DNA of 64,000 nt from Candidatus Omnitrophota bacterium (GCA_015233115.1 JADFYJ010000002.1:111216-175215); one strand, 5' to 3'. Numbered from the stretch's first letter, positions 19,616 through 30,202 are shown. Made by a program: numbers and translations. Notes: generated by a model from the letters alone, not told the origin.

Positions 19616-20050
19616 CTATACATCAATTATATTTTTATCCTGCCCTTTGCGGTCTGAACCAGGGAAATGGCTGAATACCTGGACTTGCCCGGATTGAGCC
19701 ATATGTTCCAGTTTTTTCCTAAATAAAGTCCTGATCAGCCTTCGGGTTAAAGGGAATAAAAATATATAACCGATGACATCAGAAATAAAACCTGGAATCA
19801 CTAATAAGATCCCCCCAGCTAAAATCAGGAGGCCATCCAGCATTTCCGCATCCGGCATACGACCTTGAGCAAGTTCCTGCTGGATTTTAGATATAACCTT
19901 AAGCCCTTGATATCTGGCCAAGGTCGCGCCAAAGATCGCGTTCAAAACCAAAGCTAAAATCGTATTGGTCGCGCCAATAATGGCGCCAACCTTGATCAGC
20001 ACAAAAATTTCCAAAAACACGAAAAAGATAATAATCAAAAATATTGGCAT
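19616..20050 (-). CDS. fxsA: FxsA family membrane protein
   Basis: 144 aa, two N-terminal TM helices and conserved FxsA core (LLILAGGILLVIPGFISDVIG, FPLTRRL). Confidence 0.7.
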   Translation of the reverse strand: MPIFLIIIFFVFLEIFVLIKVGAIIGATNTILALVLNAIFGATLARYQGLKVISKIQQELAQGRMPDAEMLDGLLILAGGILLVIPGFISDVIGYIFLFPLTRRLIRTLFRKKLEHMAQSGQVQVFSHFPGSDRKGQDKNIIDV

Positions 20051-20067
20051 ATTTTACTTTCAAAGAT

Positions 20068-20160
20068 GGTGTCAGATCTCGACCTGAAACAGTTCGTTCG
20101 AAATTAGAAATTGTCGCCGGTTAGTTGCTTTGCGCCAAAGCTCAGCCGAGATCAGACACC
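20068..20160. repeat. family D element: GGTGTCAGATCTCGAC - 61 nt - GCCGAGATCAGACACC (BglII-site-containing inverted repeat)
   Basis: Near-perfect 16-nt inverted arms; same family at 54784-54876 and partial at 9047-9099. Confidence 0.7.
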
Positions 20161-20172
20161 GTTTTTTTACTA

Positions 20173-20526
20173 TTATTGCTCTCTTACTAGTTCAAAAGCT
20201 ACATAATCCGCGTTACCGCTTAGCGCTTTAGGTTTCTTAATGACCACTTGGGTCTTATTTACCAATTTATGTTCCAAGACAATTTCAGCAATATAATCCG
20301 CGATTTTTTCAATTAAATGAAATGAAGTCTTTTCAACCTTGGCCTTTATACTCTTAACCAAAGCCGCATAATCCAGCGCGAACTTCAAATCATCCGTCTG
20401 GCACGCTTTGGCCGCATCGTATTCGATAGTTATATCCATCAATAGCAGCTGTTTAGTTTTCCGTTCTTTAGGCAATGTGCCGATAATAGTGCGGATCTTT
20501 AAATTATGGATATGAATTTTTTGCAT
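20173..20526 (-). CDS. folB: dihydroneopterin aldolase
   Basis: 117 aa, typical FolB fold signature (IHIHNLKIRTIIG, ERKTKQ). Confidence 0.8.
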   Translation of the reverse strand: MQKIHIHNLKIRTIIGTLPKERKTKQLLLMDITIEYDAAKACQTDDLKFALDYAALVKSIKAKVEKTSFHLIEKIADYIAEIVLEHKLVNKTQVVIKKPKALSGNADYVAFELVREQ

Positions 20527-20528
20527 AG

Positions 20529-21116
20529 TTAGCGATTGATCAGACTTAAAAATTCAGCGCGGGTTGAACTTTCACTACGGAAAAGGCCTAACATGCATGA
20601 GGTGATCATTTTGGAATTTTGTTTTTCTACCCCGCGCATCATGGTGCACAAATGCTGGGCTTCAATGACCACGCCGACGCCGATAGCGCCGGTATATTTC
20701 ATAACCGCTTCCGCGATCTCTTTGGTCAGATTTTCCTGAATTTGCAATCTGCGGGCAAAAACGTCCACTAACCGCGGAATTTTGGAAAGGCCGATGATCT
20801 TCTTATTAGGCAAATACCCCACATGGCATTTTCCGAAAAACGGCAATAAATGATGCTCGCACATGGAATACAATTCAATATCTTTAACGATAATCATTTC
20901 ATCATTATCAGATTCATAAACCGCGTCATTAATTACTGTATCAAGATTTTCGCCATACCCTTTGGTCAGAAAATTAATCGCCTTAGCCGCCCGGTGCGGA
21001 GTGCGTACTAATCCCTCCCGCTGCGGATCTTCTCCAACTGACAAAAGTATTTCCTGATATAACTGCTCTAATTTTTTTAATTCATCATGATTCATTGTTT
21101 TTTTACCCATACCCAT
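20529..21116 (-). CDS. folE: GTP cyclohydrolase I
   Basis: 195 aa, CEHHLLPF zinc-site motif and [12 protein letters not shown]. Confidence 0.9.
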   Translation of the reverse strand: MGMGKKTMNHDELKKLEQLYQEILLSVGEDPQREGLVRTPHRAAKAINFLTKGYGENLDTVINDAVYESDNDEMIIVKDIELYSMCEHHLLPFFGKCHVGYLPNKKIIGLSKIPRLVDVFARRLQIQENLTKEIAEAVMKYTGAIGVGVVIEAQHLCTMMRGVEKQNSKMITSCMLGLFRSESSTRAEFLSLINR

Positions 21117-21132
21117 GAAAATATTGTGAATC

Positions 21133-21157
21133 GGACAGGTCGGGGACCTGTCCCTAC
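21133..21157. repeat. REP-like hairpin GGACAGGTCGGGGACCTGTCCCTAC
   Basis: 7-bp GC-rich stem, GGG loop, CCCTAC tail as in hairpins at 7578 and 33335; lies between the sensor gene stop and folE start. Confidence 0.5.
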
Positions 21158-21206
21158 GAGTTTTTACTATTTGTTTATTATCACCATAAAATTACAAATG
21201 TCAACT

Positions 21207-24200
21207 CTATGTCTGATTCCTAAAATTTTTGACATAATCCAAAAAATCAGCCGGGGAAACGGGTTTGCTGAAATAAAAGCCTTGCACAAAATCACAGCCG
21301 TATTCTTGGAGCATGCCGGCTTGTTCTTTGGTTTCTACGCCTTCTGATGTTACTTTAAGGTTTAAGCTTTTGCTCAGGGAGATAATCCCTTTGATCAATG
21401 CGTTCGTATTCGTATTCCCGGGCATTTCCTTGATAAAACTGCGGTCAATTTTTACCATATCGACCGGAAATTTTTGCAGATAATTTAATGAGGAATAACC
21501 TGTCCCAAAATCATCAATGGCAAAATGTACGCCCATGCCAGATATTTTTTGAATGCACTCCATAATATGCTCGCCGCAATCCATTAATAGATGTTCTGTA
21601 ATCTCCAGCTCTAATTTATCAGGCGAAAGCTGCGCGCGCTCTAACGCGCTTTTGACTGCCAAAGATAAATCACCATGCCGAAATTGACGAACAGAAATAT
21701 TAACCGCTACTTTTAATGATAAACCTAACTGGTCATTCCAATATTTAGCCTGACTGCACGCTTCCCGTAAAACCCATTCACCGATCGGTACAATTAACCC
21801 GTTTTCTTCACATAAAGCAATAAATTTATCCGGCATGACCAATCCTAACACGCGATTTTGCCATCGTATTAATGCTTCAAATCCAATAATTTTTCCCGTC
21901 TGTAAACTCAGTAAAGGCTGATAATGAAGAAAAAATTCTTTATTTTCCAGCGCGTGTCTTAGATGCGATTCTAATTCCATACGTTCAGACATTTTTTCAT
22001 TCATAGCTGGCGTAAAATAATAGCTCGTATTGCGTGAATTTTCTTTCGCTTTAAACATGGCGGCTTCAGCATTTTTAAATAAAATTTGCGCGTCCCTGCC
22101 ATCGGAAGGCGCAATAGTAATACCAATGCTGGCGGAAGTAAACAGCTCCTTCCCCTCAATAACAAAAGCCATAGACAACATCACCAAAATTTTTTTTGCA
22201 ACCACATCAGAATGCGTGGTAGACTCCAAATCCGATAAGATAATAAGGAATTCATCTCCAGCCATTCTAGCGACAGTATCGCTTTCCCGTACCGTCTCTT
22301 TTAGACGCTGTGAAACATGTTGTAATAAATGATCCCCATAGGTATGTCCCAGCGTATCATTAATTTCCTTAAACCGATCCAAACCAACCAACAGTACTGC
22401 CACACTTTTGTTCTCCCTCTGGGCCCGTGCAACTGCCTGGGTCAAACGATCAAGGGCTAAGACCCGATTAGGCAAATTTGTCAATCCATCATAATTCGCC
22501 TGATATTCCAATCGATTTTCATACTCTTTCCTCAACGTTATATCTTCTTCAATAGCGACAAAATGAGTGATTAAATCTTTGGCATTTTTGATGGGTGATA
22601 TGGAAACATACGCCCAATATACTTCTCCATTTTTACGCCGATTACACAACTCCCCGCTCCAATTATGGCCCAAAAGAATGGTATTCCAGAGATCTTGATA
22701 GTCGGTCTGGGACGTGTAACCTGATTGTAAAAAACGCGGAGATTTACCAATAACTTCATTGGACGTATAACCAGTTATGTCAGTAAATTGGCGATTCACA
22801 TATTCAATATGGCCGCTCAGATCCGTGATAATCACTGTGGCGGGATTTTGTTCCACAACCTGGTTGAGTTTAATGCTTAAATCTTTAACCTTTTGCTGTT
22901 CGGTAATATCAATGCCTACGCCAATTATAAAATCGACATCCCCTTCCCCATTTAAAATTGTTGAACCTCTCCACTCTACTAGAATTTCCTGGCCCCCTTT
23001 TGTCAAAACATGACTCATGCCAGAAAGCTGCCTTTTGGTTGAAATCAAATCACCAAACCGCGCGCGCAATAAATCGCGTTCATGTTCAGGAACCAGGTCA
23101 TTCACATAATGAAGGCTTGAAGCTTCCTCCTTTTTATATCCTAACGCGGATAACATGGCATTGTTCATCAACAAGACTTTATGATTCAAATCAACAGCCA
23201 CAAAAAAGACCGGAGAATTATCAAGAATAGAACTGGTAAAATTCTGTTCTTTGAGTAAGGCTTCTTCCGCTTTTTTTCTTTTGGTGATATCCATGCCGAT
23301 TGATAAAACACCGGTCAATTTATTATCCGAGTCATAAATCGGTTTATTCGTCCAGTTGACCCAAACTCTTTCCCCATTCTTCCGCACATTTTCGTTTTCA
23401 TGATTCACGAATTTTTCTGGCGCAGACAGCAATTCATCCACAAAATCTTTTAAATTCCTGCCGATTGAATCGTGTACTGGAATAATTTTATTAACAGGAT
23501 TCTCTCCTATCAATTCTTCCGAACTATAACCAAAAAATTTCAAAGCAAATTCATTGGCAAAAGTAATCCGGCCATGAACATCCGTTTTAAGAATAATGCT
23601 GTTGGCGTTTTCTACCAATTCCCGGTATTTTTTTTCACTCTCTAATAAAGAAAATTCGACTCGCTTAGTTTCAGTCTTATCATCATATACAGCAACAATC
23701 TCTCCAGTTGACAATTTAAAAGCATAGTTCTCAACCCACAAGGATATACGGTTATCTTTATATTCTGTTGTACCTAAATGCTCAGTATTGCCGCTCATAT
23801 TCACTTGCTGCAATAAGTTAATAAGACCCATATGTTTCGCAGAAGGAAACACTTCGGAAAGTTTTTTACCAATGACATCTTCACGAATCATGGAAGGAAT
23901 CGCACAGCCCGCATTATTAATATCCACAAAAATAAAATCATGACCATCTTCAGTCGGACGATAAACAGCCACACCTTCTTTCATCGTGTTAAATAAGTTG
24001 CGGAATCGCTGTTCAGTAAAACTTAATTCCTGTTCCCACTTTTTTCGCGCGTTGATATCGGAAACAACCGCGAATCCGCCTTTCCAATTCCCTTTTTCAT
24101 CAAAAATAAGTTGAGGCGAAATCAACCCAAAAAATATTGATCTATCTTTACGGTATAATTCAAGCTCATACGACGTACTCGCCTGATGACGGATCACACT

Positions 24201-25127
24201 CAAATGTTTCATGAACAACTCAAATCCCTGAGGCGTCAAAAAATCAAAAATCGGTTTACCCATAATCTCATCCGTTGTGAATCCCAGAAAATCACAAAAT
24301 TTAGGATTAACATACTGGATTCGGCGGTTAGCATCAATCACACAAATCCCATCATTCATATTCTCAACCAATGAACGGTAACGTTGTTCATTAGCCGTTA
24401 ATTTTTCTTCAAATTCAATCCTTTTTAATTCTTGAGAAGTAAACTGCCAAATCAAATATAATGACAGTAAAGCAATAATCCCCAATATACGCATAAAGAT
24501 CCAGGTCAAATCTTTCAAATAAATATTAGTCTCTGTATTAATGTCATTGGCATAAAACCCTACCCCGATTATCCATCCCCAAGGTTCAAATTTTTTAATA
24601 TACGCGATCTTGGGTATAACTTTATTAGGATGATCCTGCCATTGCCAAAGATATTTCACATAACCTTCGCCATGTTTATTCGCCACATCCACTATTTCCT
24701 TAATAAAATACTTCCCCGCTGGGTCAGTATAATTAAGAAGATTCGACCCTTCCAAATCAGGACGATAAGGATGTAAAAGGACAACGCCTTTATCATTCAC
24801 AATCCAAAAATAATCTTTATGCCCCTCTCCGTACCTGATCAATTTAATCTGCCGCAATGCTTTTTTTTGGGCATCTTCAAGCGAAATCTGCCCGTGAGCG
24901 ACTTGATCCTGAAATTCCCGTAACAAATCTGTAGAAATATAGGATACTTCTTTAATAAGCAATTTTTTTGATTCCAATATGCTGGCTTTAAAAGCTGGCA
25001 GGCTCAGATAAAAAACCGCAAAAAATGAGAGAAAAAATGTTAAGAAAACGGGAAGGATGTTACGAACAAGTATCTGCAACGAAATTTTTCTAAAATGATT
25101 ATTTTTTCGCATAATATATGATACCAT
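21207..25127 (-). CDS. membrane sensor: periplasmic Cache domain - multiple PAS - GGDEF (AGDEF variant) - EAL; c-di-GMP turnover protein
   Basis: 1306 aa; two TM segments bracketing a Cache-like region; at least four PAS/PAC repeats; RMAGDEFLIIL (GGDEF motif with A for first G); EAL domain with FEALIRW, ELEITE, DDFGTGYSS motifs. Confidence 0.85.
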   Translation of the reverse strand: MVSYIMRKNNHFRKISLQILVRNILPVFLTFFLSFFAVFYLSLPAFKASILESKKLLIKEVSYISTDLLREFQDQVAHGQISLEDAQKKALRQIKLIRYGEGHKDYFWIVNDKGVVLLHPYRPDLEGSNLLNYTDPAGKYFIKEIVDVANKHGEGYVKYLWQWQDHPNKVIPKIAYIKKFEPWGWIIGVGFYANDINTETNIYLKDLTWIFMRILGIIALLSLYLIWQFTSQELKRIEFEEKLTANEQRYRSLVENMNDGICVIDANRRIQYVNPKFCDFLGFTTDEIMGKPIFDFLTPQGFELFMKHLSVIRHQASTSYELELYRKDRSIFFGLISPQLIFDEKGNWKGGFAVVSDINARKKWEQELSFTEQRFRNLFNTMKEGVAVYRPTEDGHDFIFVDINNAGCAIPSMIREDVIGKKLSEVFPSAKHMGLINLLQQVNMSGNTEHLGTTEYKDNRISLWVENYAFKLSTGEIVAVYDDKTETKRVEFSLLESEKKYRELVENANSIILKTDVHGRITFANEFALKFFGYSSEELIGENPVNKIIPVHDSIGRNLKDFVDELLSAPEKFVNHENENVRKNGERVWVNWTNKPIYDSDNKLTGVLSIGMDITKRKKAEEALLKEQNFTSSILDNSPVFFVAVDLNHKVLLMNNAMLSALGYKKEEASSLHYVNDLVPEHERDLLRARFGDLISTKRQLSGMSHVLTKGGQEILVEWRGSTILNGEGDVDFIIGVGIDITEQQKVKDLSIKLNQVVEQNPATVIITDLSGHIEYVNRQFTDITGYTSNEVIGKSPRFLQSGYTSQTDYQDLWNTILLGHNWSGELCNRRKNGEVYWAYVSISPIKNAKDLITHFVAIEEDITLRKEYENRLEYQANYDGLTNLPNRVLALDRLTQAVARAQRENKSVAVLLVGLDRFKEINDTLGHTYGDHLLQHVSQRLKETVRESDTVARMAGDEFLIILSDLESTTHSDVVAKKILVMLSMAFVIEGKELFTSASIGITIAPSDGRDAQILFKNAEAAMFKAKENSRNTSYYFTPAMNEKMSERMELESHLRHALENKEFFLHYQPLLSLQTGKIIGFEALIRWQNRVLGLVMPDKFIALCEENGLIVPIGEWVLREACSQAKYWNDQLGLSLKVAVNISVRQFRHGDLSLAVKSALERAQLSPDKLELEITEHLLMDCGEHIMECIQKISGMGVHFAIDDFGTGYSSLNYLQKFPVDMVKIDRSFIKEMPGNTNTNALIKGIISLSKSLNLKVTSEGVETKEQAGMLQEYGCDFVQGFYFSKPVSPADFLDYVKNFRNQT

Positions 25128-25134
25128 TTTTAAT

Positions 25135-25938
25135 ATGAATATTAAAGCTGATTATCACATCCATACCGCCCTCTGCGGCCATGCTAATGGAGAACCATTT
25201 GAATATGTCGAACAAGCTATTAAAATCGGCTTAAAAGAAATTGGTTTTTCTGACCATGCGCCCTTAGTCGCGTTTGATGATCCTACCGTGTCCATGGATT
25301 ATAATGAATTACCGCAATATCATCGGCTGATTGAGGAAGTGCGTCAAAAATACCAAGATAAAATCATCATCAAAGTAGGTATTGAAGCAGATTTTTTTCC
25401 AGGTTATACAGATAAAACGCGCGATATTTTGAATGCTTACCCGTACGATTATGTTTTGGGTTCTGTACACTACATGGAAAAATGGGGATTTGATGACCCT
25501 ATCCAACGGCAAATTTGGGATGAACGCGACGTTAACGAAGTTTATCGGGAATATTATCATCTCTTGCGCGCCAGCGCGCAATCAGGATTATTCGATATCA
25601 TTGCTCACGTGGATCTGGTCAAAAAATTTGGGCATCGCGCGACGGATAATCTTACGGAAGAAATCATCAAAACAGCGAAAGTCTTCAAAGAGGCAAATGT
25701 GGCGATTGAAATCAACACCTCGGGTTTACGAAAACCAGCCAAAGAAATTTATCCTGCCCTTTGGACTTTGGAAATATATGCTAAAGCCGGCGTCCCGATA
25801 GTATTCGGGTCTGATTCTCACACACCGGACCAGGTCGCGAAAGATTTTGACAAAGCCAAAGATTTAGCTTTAAAAGCAGGTTACAAAGAATATCTGATTT
25901 TTTCAAAACGAAAAATTGAGCGGATCGAAAAATTATAA
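25135..25938 (+). CDS. PHP-domain histidinol-phosphatase family (HisJ-like)
   Basis: 267 aa, DYHIHTALCGHA and FSDHAP PHP motifs; divergent from sensor gene with 7-nt spacer. Confidence 0.75.
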   Translation: MNIKADYHIHTALCGHANGEPFEYVEQAIKIGLKEIGFSDHAPLVAFDDPTVSMDYNELPQYHRLIEEVRQKYQDKIIIKVGIEADFFPGYTDKTRDILNAYPYDYVLGSVHYMEKWGFDDPIQRQIWDERDVNEVYREYYHLLRASAQSGLFDIIAHVDLVKKFGHRATDNLTEEIIKTAKVFKEANVAIEINTSGLRKPAKEIYPALWTLEIYAKAGVPIVFGSDSHTPDQVAKDFDKAKDLALKAGYKEYLIFSKRKIERIEKL

Positions 25939-26190
25939 CTTGCCTGAATAATTAAACAACTCTTCTACTTTATAATTCTTAGCCGTCGTAATATTAAGAG
26001 CGCGCCACACTTTCAGTTGAATTTTCCGGTTCAACCTGCGGCCTTCACGGGCTTTTTTCAACATCTTAAAACTTAATTGTTCAGTCGATGATTTGACGAC
26101 CTGAGCATTATCCACTTTTAATTGATTCATGATTCCGTCGATAGGCTGAACGCCTAATTCAACGTTAAGGGGTTCTGAAAACTGCGGCAT
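25933..26190 (-). CDS. hypothetical small protein (85 aa) immediately downstream of ispG
   Basis: ATG at 26190 follows ispG TAA with 1-nt gap (TAAtATG); no recognisable family; longer ORF form overlaps ispG and is rejected. Confidence 0.3.
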   Translation of the reverse strand: MPQFSEPLNVELGVQPIDGIMNQLKVDNAQVVKSSTEQLSFKMLKKAREGRRLNRKIQLKVWRALNITTAKNYKVEELFNYSGKL

Positions 26191-26191
26191 A

Positions 26192-27406
26192 TTATTTGGC
26201 CTTATAATGCTGGTCGATAAAATCTTCAAGAATTTCCAAAAACTCTTCCTTAATTGCTTCACCTTTAAGAGTGGCAATCATTTTTCCCTGGGCATAAACC
26301 GGTGCTTGCATGTGTTCAGACGCTCCGGGTAAACAGATTCCAATATCCGCGTGCTGACTTTCACCGGGGCCATTCACCACACACCCCATAACCGCTATTT
26401 TAAGTTTCTCTACTCCGGGATATTTTTTCGCCCAGCGGACAATATTTTTTTTAATATGAACCCTCACATCTTCAGCCAGATGCTGAAAATAATCTGACGA
26501 AGTCCGTCCACAACCCGGACAACTGGTCACCATCGGATGAAAATGCCGTAATCCTAATGATTGCAGTAATGCTTTGCAAACTTCAACTTCACGGGCTCTA
26601 GGAACATTTGGCTGAGGCGTTAATGACACCCGGATCGTGTCGCCGATTCCCTGATATAATAATATCCCCAGTGCGGCAGAACTTGAAGATACGCCTTCTA
26701 TATCTCCCCCGGCCTCTGTCAATCCTAAATGCAGAACATAATCGCATTTTTGGGCCAGCAACGCATAGACTTTGACCATATCCTGCAATTGCGACATTTT
26801 AACGCTTAATATGATTTTATTTTTGGGCAAACCAATTTTTTGGGCAATCAAGGCACTGTCGATCGCGCTTTTAATCATGGCCTGATAAGAAATCTCCGCG
26901 AATGATTTAGGCTGCTTTAATTTATCATTTTTTTCAACTAATTCCGCCAACACATCCTGATCAATAGACCCCCAATTTACGCCGATACGGACCGGTTTCT
27001 TATTGGCAATGGCCATCTTGATGATCTGCGAGAAATTATCATTATGATTCTTCCCTTTTCCCACATTCCCGGGATTTATACGATATTTATCCAGCAGTCG
27101 AGCGCATTCCGGAAACTTTTCCAGCAAAATATGGCCGTTATAATGAAAATCCCCGATAATAGGCGTTGAATATTTTTTACGAAGACGAGTTATAATTTTA
27201 ATTGATGCCTTGGCCGCGGCTTCATCATTAATTGTCCAACGGACCATATCAGAACCGGCCTTGATCAAATCAACGGTTTGCCGATATGTGGCATCCACAT
27301 TTTCCGTCGGAGTGTCCGTCATGGATTGGATGACAACCGGATGTTCTGAGCCAAGCAAAACCCGGCCCACTTGTACTGTAGGAGTTTTTCTGCGCTTATT
27401 GATCAT
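26192..27406 (-). CDS. ispG: 4-hydroxy-3-methylbut-2-enyl diphosphate synthase
   Basis: 404 aa, N-terminal TIM-barrel motif VQVGRVLLGSEHPVVIQSMT and C-terminal 4Fe-4S CxxC...C cluster (CPGCGR). Confidence 0.9.
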   Translation of the reverse strand: MINKRRKTPTVQVGRVLLGSEHPVVIQSMTDTPTENVDATYRQTVDLIKAGSDMVRWTINDEAAAKASIKIITRLRKKYSTPIIGDFHYNGHILLEKFPECARLLDKYRINPGNVGKGKNHNDNFSQIIKMAIANKKPVRIGVNWGSIDQDVLAELVEKNDKLKQPKSFAEISYQAMIKSAIDSALIAQKIGLPKNKIILSVKMSQLQDMVKVYALLAQKCDYVLHLGLTEAGGDIEGVSSSSAALGILLYQGIGDTIRVSLTPQPNVPRAREVEVCKALLQSLGLRHFHPMVTSCPGCGRTSSDYFQHLAEDVRVHIKKNIVRWAKKYPGVEKLKIAVMGCVVNGPGESQHADIGICLPGASEHMQAPVYAQGKMIATLKGEAIKEEFLEILEDFIDQHYKAK

Positions 27407-27485
27407 TTTTTAATTATAGCGACTGTTTTATAAATTAACATTAAAAAAAATTTAACATTCTAGTTTTATTGGTAAGATATTAATT

Positions 27486-28406
27486 ATGGAAATATATTTA
27501 TCGAGAACTCAAGGGTTTTGTTCAGGCGTGGCGCACGCGGTTACTATTGTGGAAAAAGCCTTGGAAAAATACGGCACTCCACTTTATGTATATCATGAGA
27601 TTGTGCATAACACGCATGTCGTGAATAATTTTAAAAACAAAGGCGTCACCTTTGTTGACGATCTTAACGGCGTTCCGGATAAAGCTGTGATTATTTTTAG
27701 CGCACACGGAGTCCCTCCGTCCACATTTATAGAGGCAAAGCAAAAAAACCTATACATCATTGACGCGACATGTCCCCTGGTCAAACGGGTTCATTATCAA
27801 GCCATGCAATTATCCGCAGCTCAATGCCACACGATTTTGATAGGGCATAAAGGCCACCAGGAAGTCAGTGGAACTGCCGGATATGTAAAACCTGAGCTTC
27901 TGCATTTTGTGCAAGACGTGAATGATATTAAAAATTTAAAGCTCGCTCCGGACGCCAATGTCGGTTATGTCACTCAAACCACGTTATCTGAAGATGAAAC
28001 ACACGAAATGATTAGCCTTTTAAAAAAACAATTTAAAAATCTGCGTATACCGGATCAATCTGATGTGTGTTACGCGACGCAAAACCGTCAAAATGCCGTG
28101 AAAGAGCTGGCTCAATTATGCGATTTTATTATTGTGTGCGGGTCTTCCAACAGTTCAAACACAAACCGGTTAAAAGAGACGGGTGAACGCTACGGAACAA
28201 AATCGATCATCATTGATAACCCGGAAGATTTAAACTTATCGCTATTAGAGAAAATAAAAAAATGCGGCATTACTTCAGGAGCATCTGTGCCCTATTACAT
28301 CGTGGATAAAATGTTAGCCCGCATCCTGAAAACTTATCCTGACGCTGTTGTGCACACGTTCGATAATCCGGAGAAAAATACTCAATTTAAACTTCCTCCG
28401 ATATAG
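27486..28406 (+). CDS. ispH: 4-hydroxy-3-methylbut-2-enyl diphosphate reductase
   Basis: 306 aa LytB/IspH, conserved Cys triad regions (GFCSGV, ATCPLV), divergent to ispG. Confidence 0.9.
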   Translation: MEIYLSRTQGFCSGVAHAVTIVEKALEKYGTPLYVYHEIVHNTHVVNNFKNKGVTFVDDLNGVPDKAVIIFSAHGVPPSTFIEAKQKNLYIIDATCPLVKRVHYQAMQLSAAQCHTILIGHKGHQEVSGTAGYVKPELLHFVQDVNDIKNLKLAPDANVGYVTQTTLSEDETHEMISLLKKQFKNLRIPDQSDVCYATQNRQNAVKELAQLCDFIIVCGSSNSSNTNRLKETGERYGTKSIIIDNPEDLNLSLLEKIKKCGITSGASVPYYIVDKMLARILKTYPDAVVHTFDNPEKNTQFKLPPI

Positions 28407-28419
28407 AAAGAAACAGTCA

Positions 28420-29343
28420 ATGCTTAAAATTAATGATCACCTTGAAATAAATACCGATGTTGTCCGCATGGAGCAATATACAACTTTTCAAATCGGCGGG
28501 CCCTGCCAGGGAATTTGTTCATGTCAAAACAGCGAAGAGATTTTATTCGCGCTTCACTATTTTCATAAAAATAAATTACCGTTTATCGTGATGGGGCAAG
28601 GATCTAATTTGCTGGTGTCAGATCAGGGACTGGATTGTTATGTAATCCGTTATTTTTCCGAAAAACCCTTTATTCTTCCGATTAACGAATGTGAACTCGA
28701 GGTAGATTGTTCCACAAAATTAGACGATCTGGCTGCTTACGCCGCAGAACATGGATTAAAAGGAATTAATTACGCGAGCGGCATTCCCGGAACAGTCGGC
28801 GGAGCAATTGTCGGCAATGCCGGCGCTTATGGACAACAAATCGGTGACATTGTCAAATCTGTTTTAATCTACGATACTGAAAATACCTGCGCCAAGACTT
28901 TGACTCCCGAAGATCTCAAATTCGCTTACCGGGAATCACGGCTCAAACATTCCAGCGAGGTTATTCTTTCGGCCCGCCTTGCCTTTACGCATCAGCACAA
29001 ATCAGAATTACTGGCTGAACGGCAGACAATTCTCAATGAAAGAAAGTCCAAGCATCCTGACTGGAAAACAATTCCGTCAGCCGGGAGTGTGTTTAAAAAT
29101 GTCGCGCCAACATCAGACGGAGGACGGCGCAAATCAGCAGGCTGGTTCTTAGACGAAGCCGGAGCCAAACACTTCGCCTTTAACGGCGCCAAAGTATTCC
29201 CGAGCCACGCCAACATTATTATTAAAGACGGCCCTTGTTCCGCGCAGGATGTATTAAATTTGATTCAAAAAATGCAAACCGCAGTAAAAAATCAATTTGG
29301 TATTGAATTGGAACCGGAAGTAAGGATGTTGGGGAAATTTTAA
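28420..29343 (+). CDS. murB: UDP-N-acetylenolpyruvoylglucosamine reductase
   Basis: FAD-binding MGQGSNLLVSD motif, C-terminal MurB domain; start trimmed to ATG 28420 just after ispH stop. Confidence 0.85.
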   Translation: MLKINDHLEINTDVVRMEQYTTFQIGGPCQGICSCQNSEEILFALHYFHKNKLPFIVMGQGSNLLVSDQGLDCYVIRYFSEKPFILPINECELEVDCSTKLDDLAAYAAEHGLKGINYASGIPGTVGGAIVGNAGAYGQQIGDIVKSVLIYDTENTCAKTLTPEDLKFAYRESRLKHSSEVILSARLAFTHQHKSELLAERQTILNERKSKHPDWKTIPSAGSVFKNVAPTSDGGRRKSAGWFLDEAGAKHFAFNGAKVFPSHANIIIKDGPCSAQDVLNLIQKMQTAVKNQFGIELEPEVRMLGKF

Positions 29344-29562
29344 TTACGCCATCTCCACTTTGATATCAGGATTAATTTTCTCTTTCAAAATTGACTCAAT
29401 GAATTTCAAAGTCCCATACGCCGCATGAGGACAGCCGCAGCAGGAACCTTTATAGTCAATTTTCAAAACATTGTCTTTATAGCTGATAATATTCAAATCC
29501 CCTCCATCACGTTGTAACATAGGACGAATCTCTTCATCAACAATTTTCTTTATTTCATCCAT
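29344..29562 (-). CDS. Nfu-type Fe-S cluster carrier (NifU C-terminal domain) as separate gene
   Basis: 72 aa, GGDLNIISYKDNVLKIDYKGSCCGCP CxxC motif of NifU C-terminal domain. Confidence 0.75.
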   Translation of the reverse strand: MDEIKKIVDEEIRPMLQRDGGDLNIISYKDNVLKIDYKGSCCGCPHAAYGTLKFIESILKEKINPDIKVEMA

Positions 29563-29576
29563 GATAATTTTCCTTT

Positions 29577-30191
29577 CTAAAATTTCGTAAAGTGTTTCTT
29601 AATATACCCTTCCATCAGCTCAATAGCTTCGTCTTTGCATTGGCCGCAGACTGTGCCGAGTTTAGTTTTTTCCTGCAACTCGACGTAAGTACGCGCGCCT
29701 TCTAAGACAGCGTCTTCAATTTCATGGTCTGTTACATTCATGCATTGGCAGATCGTGCGGGCTTCTTCTTTTTGAATTTTATTATCCTGGCCATTCTTTT
29801 TATAATAATCATTAATCGCGGCGCGCAGGGCTTTATCGCCTAAAACCGAACAATGAATTTTATGATCCGGCAAACCGCCTAATTGTTTATTAACATCTTT
29901 AGGAGAAATCAAAAAAGCTTTATCAAGGGTCAGGCCTTTGACCATTTCCGACAATGCCGAGGTGCTCGCGATAGCGCTGGCGCAGCCATAGGTTTTCCAA
30001 CGGATATCTGTAATAATATTTTTGGCCCGGTCGACTTTGATTTTCATCATCATCTGATCACCGCATTTCATATTCCCGACCATGCCCTCGCCATCCGCCG
30101 CAAATTCCTCACCCGGCTTCAGCACATTACGAGGATTAATGAAATGATCTTTAACAACATCGGTATAAACCCAATCAAATTCGTCAGCCAT
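29577..30191 (-). CDS. nifU: NifU N-terminal scaffold (IscU-like) plus BFD-like [2Fe-2S] domain
   Basis: 204 aa; IscU-like Cys (MKCGD, GCASA, HCSVL) then CQC...CGQC BFD-like motif; with downstream Nfu gene reconstitutes a split NifU. Confidence 0.75.
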   Translation of the reverse strand: MADEFDWVYTDVVKDHFINPRNVLKPGEEFAADGEGMVGNMKCGDQMMMKIKVDRAKNIITDIRWKTYGCASAIASTSALSEMVKGLTLDKAFLISPKDVNKQLGGLPDHKIHCSVLGDKALRAAINDYYKKNGQDNKIQKEEARTICQCMNVTDHEIEDAVLEGARTYVELQEKTKLGTVCGQCKDEAIELMEGYIKKHFTKF

Positions 30192-30202
30192 AAGTTAGTC
30201 CT

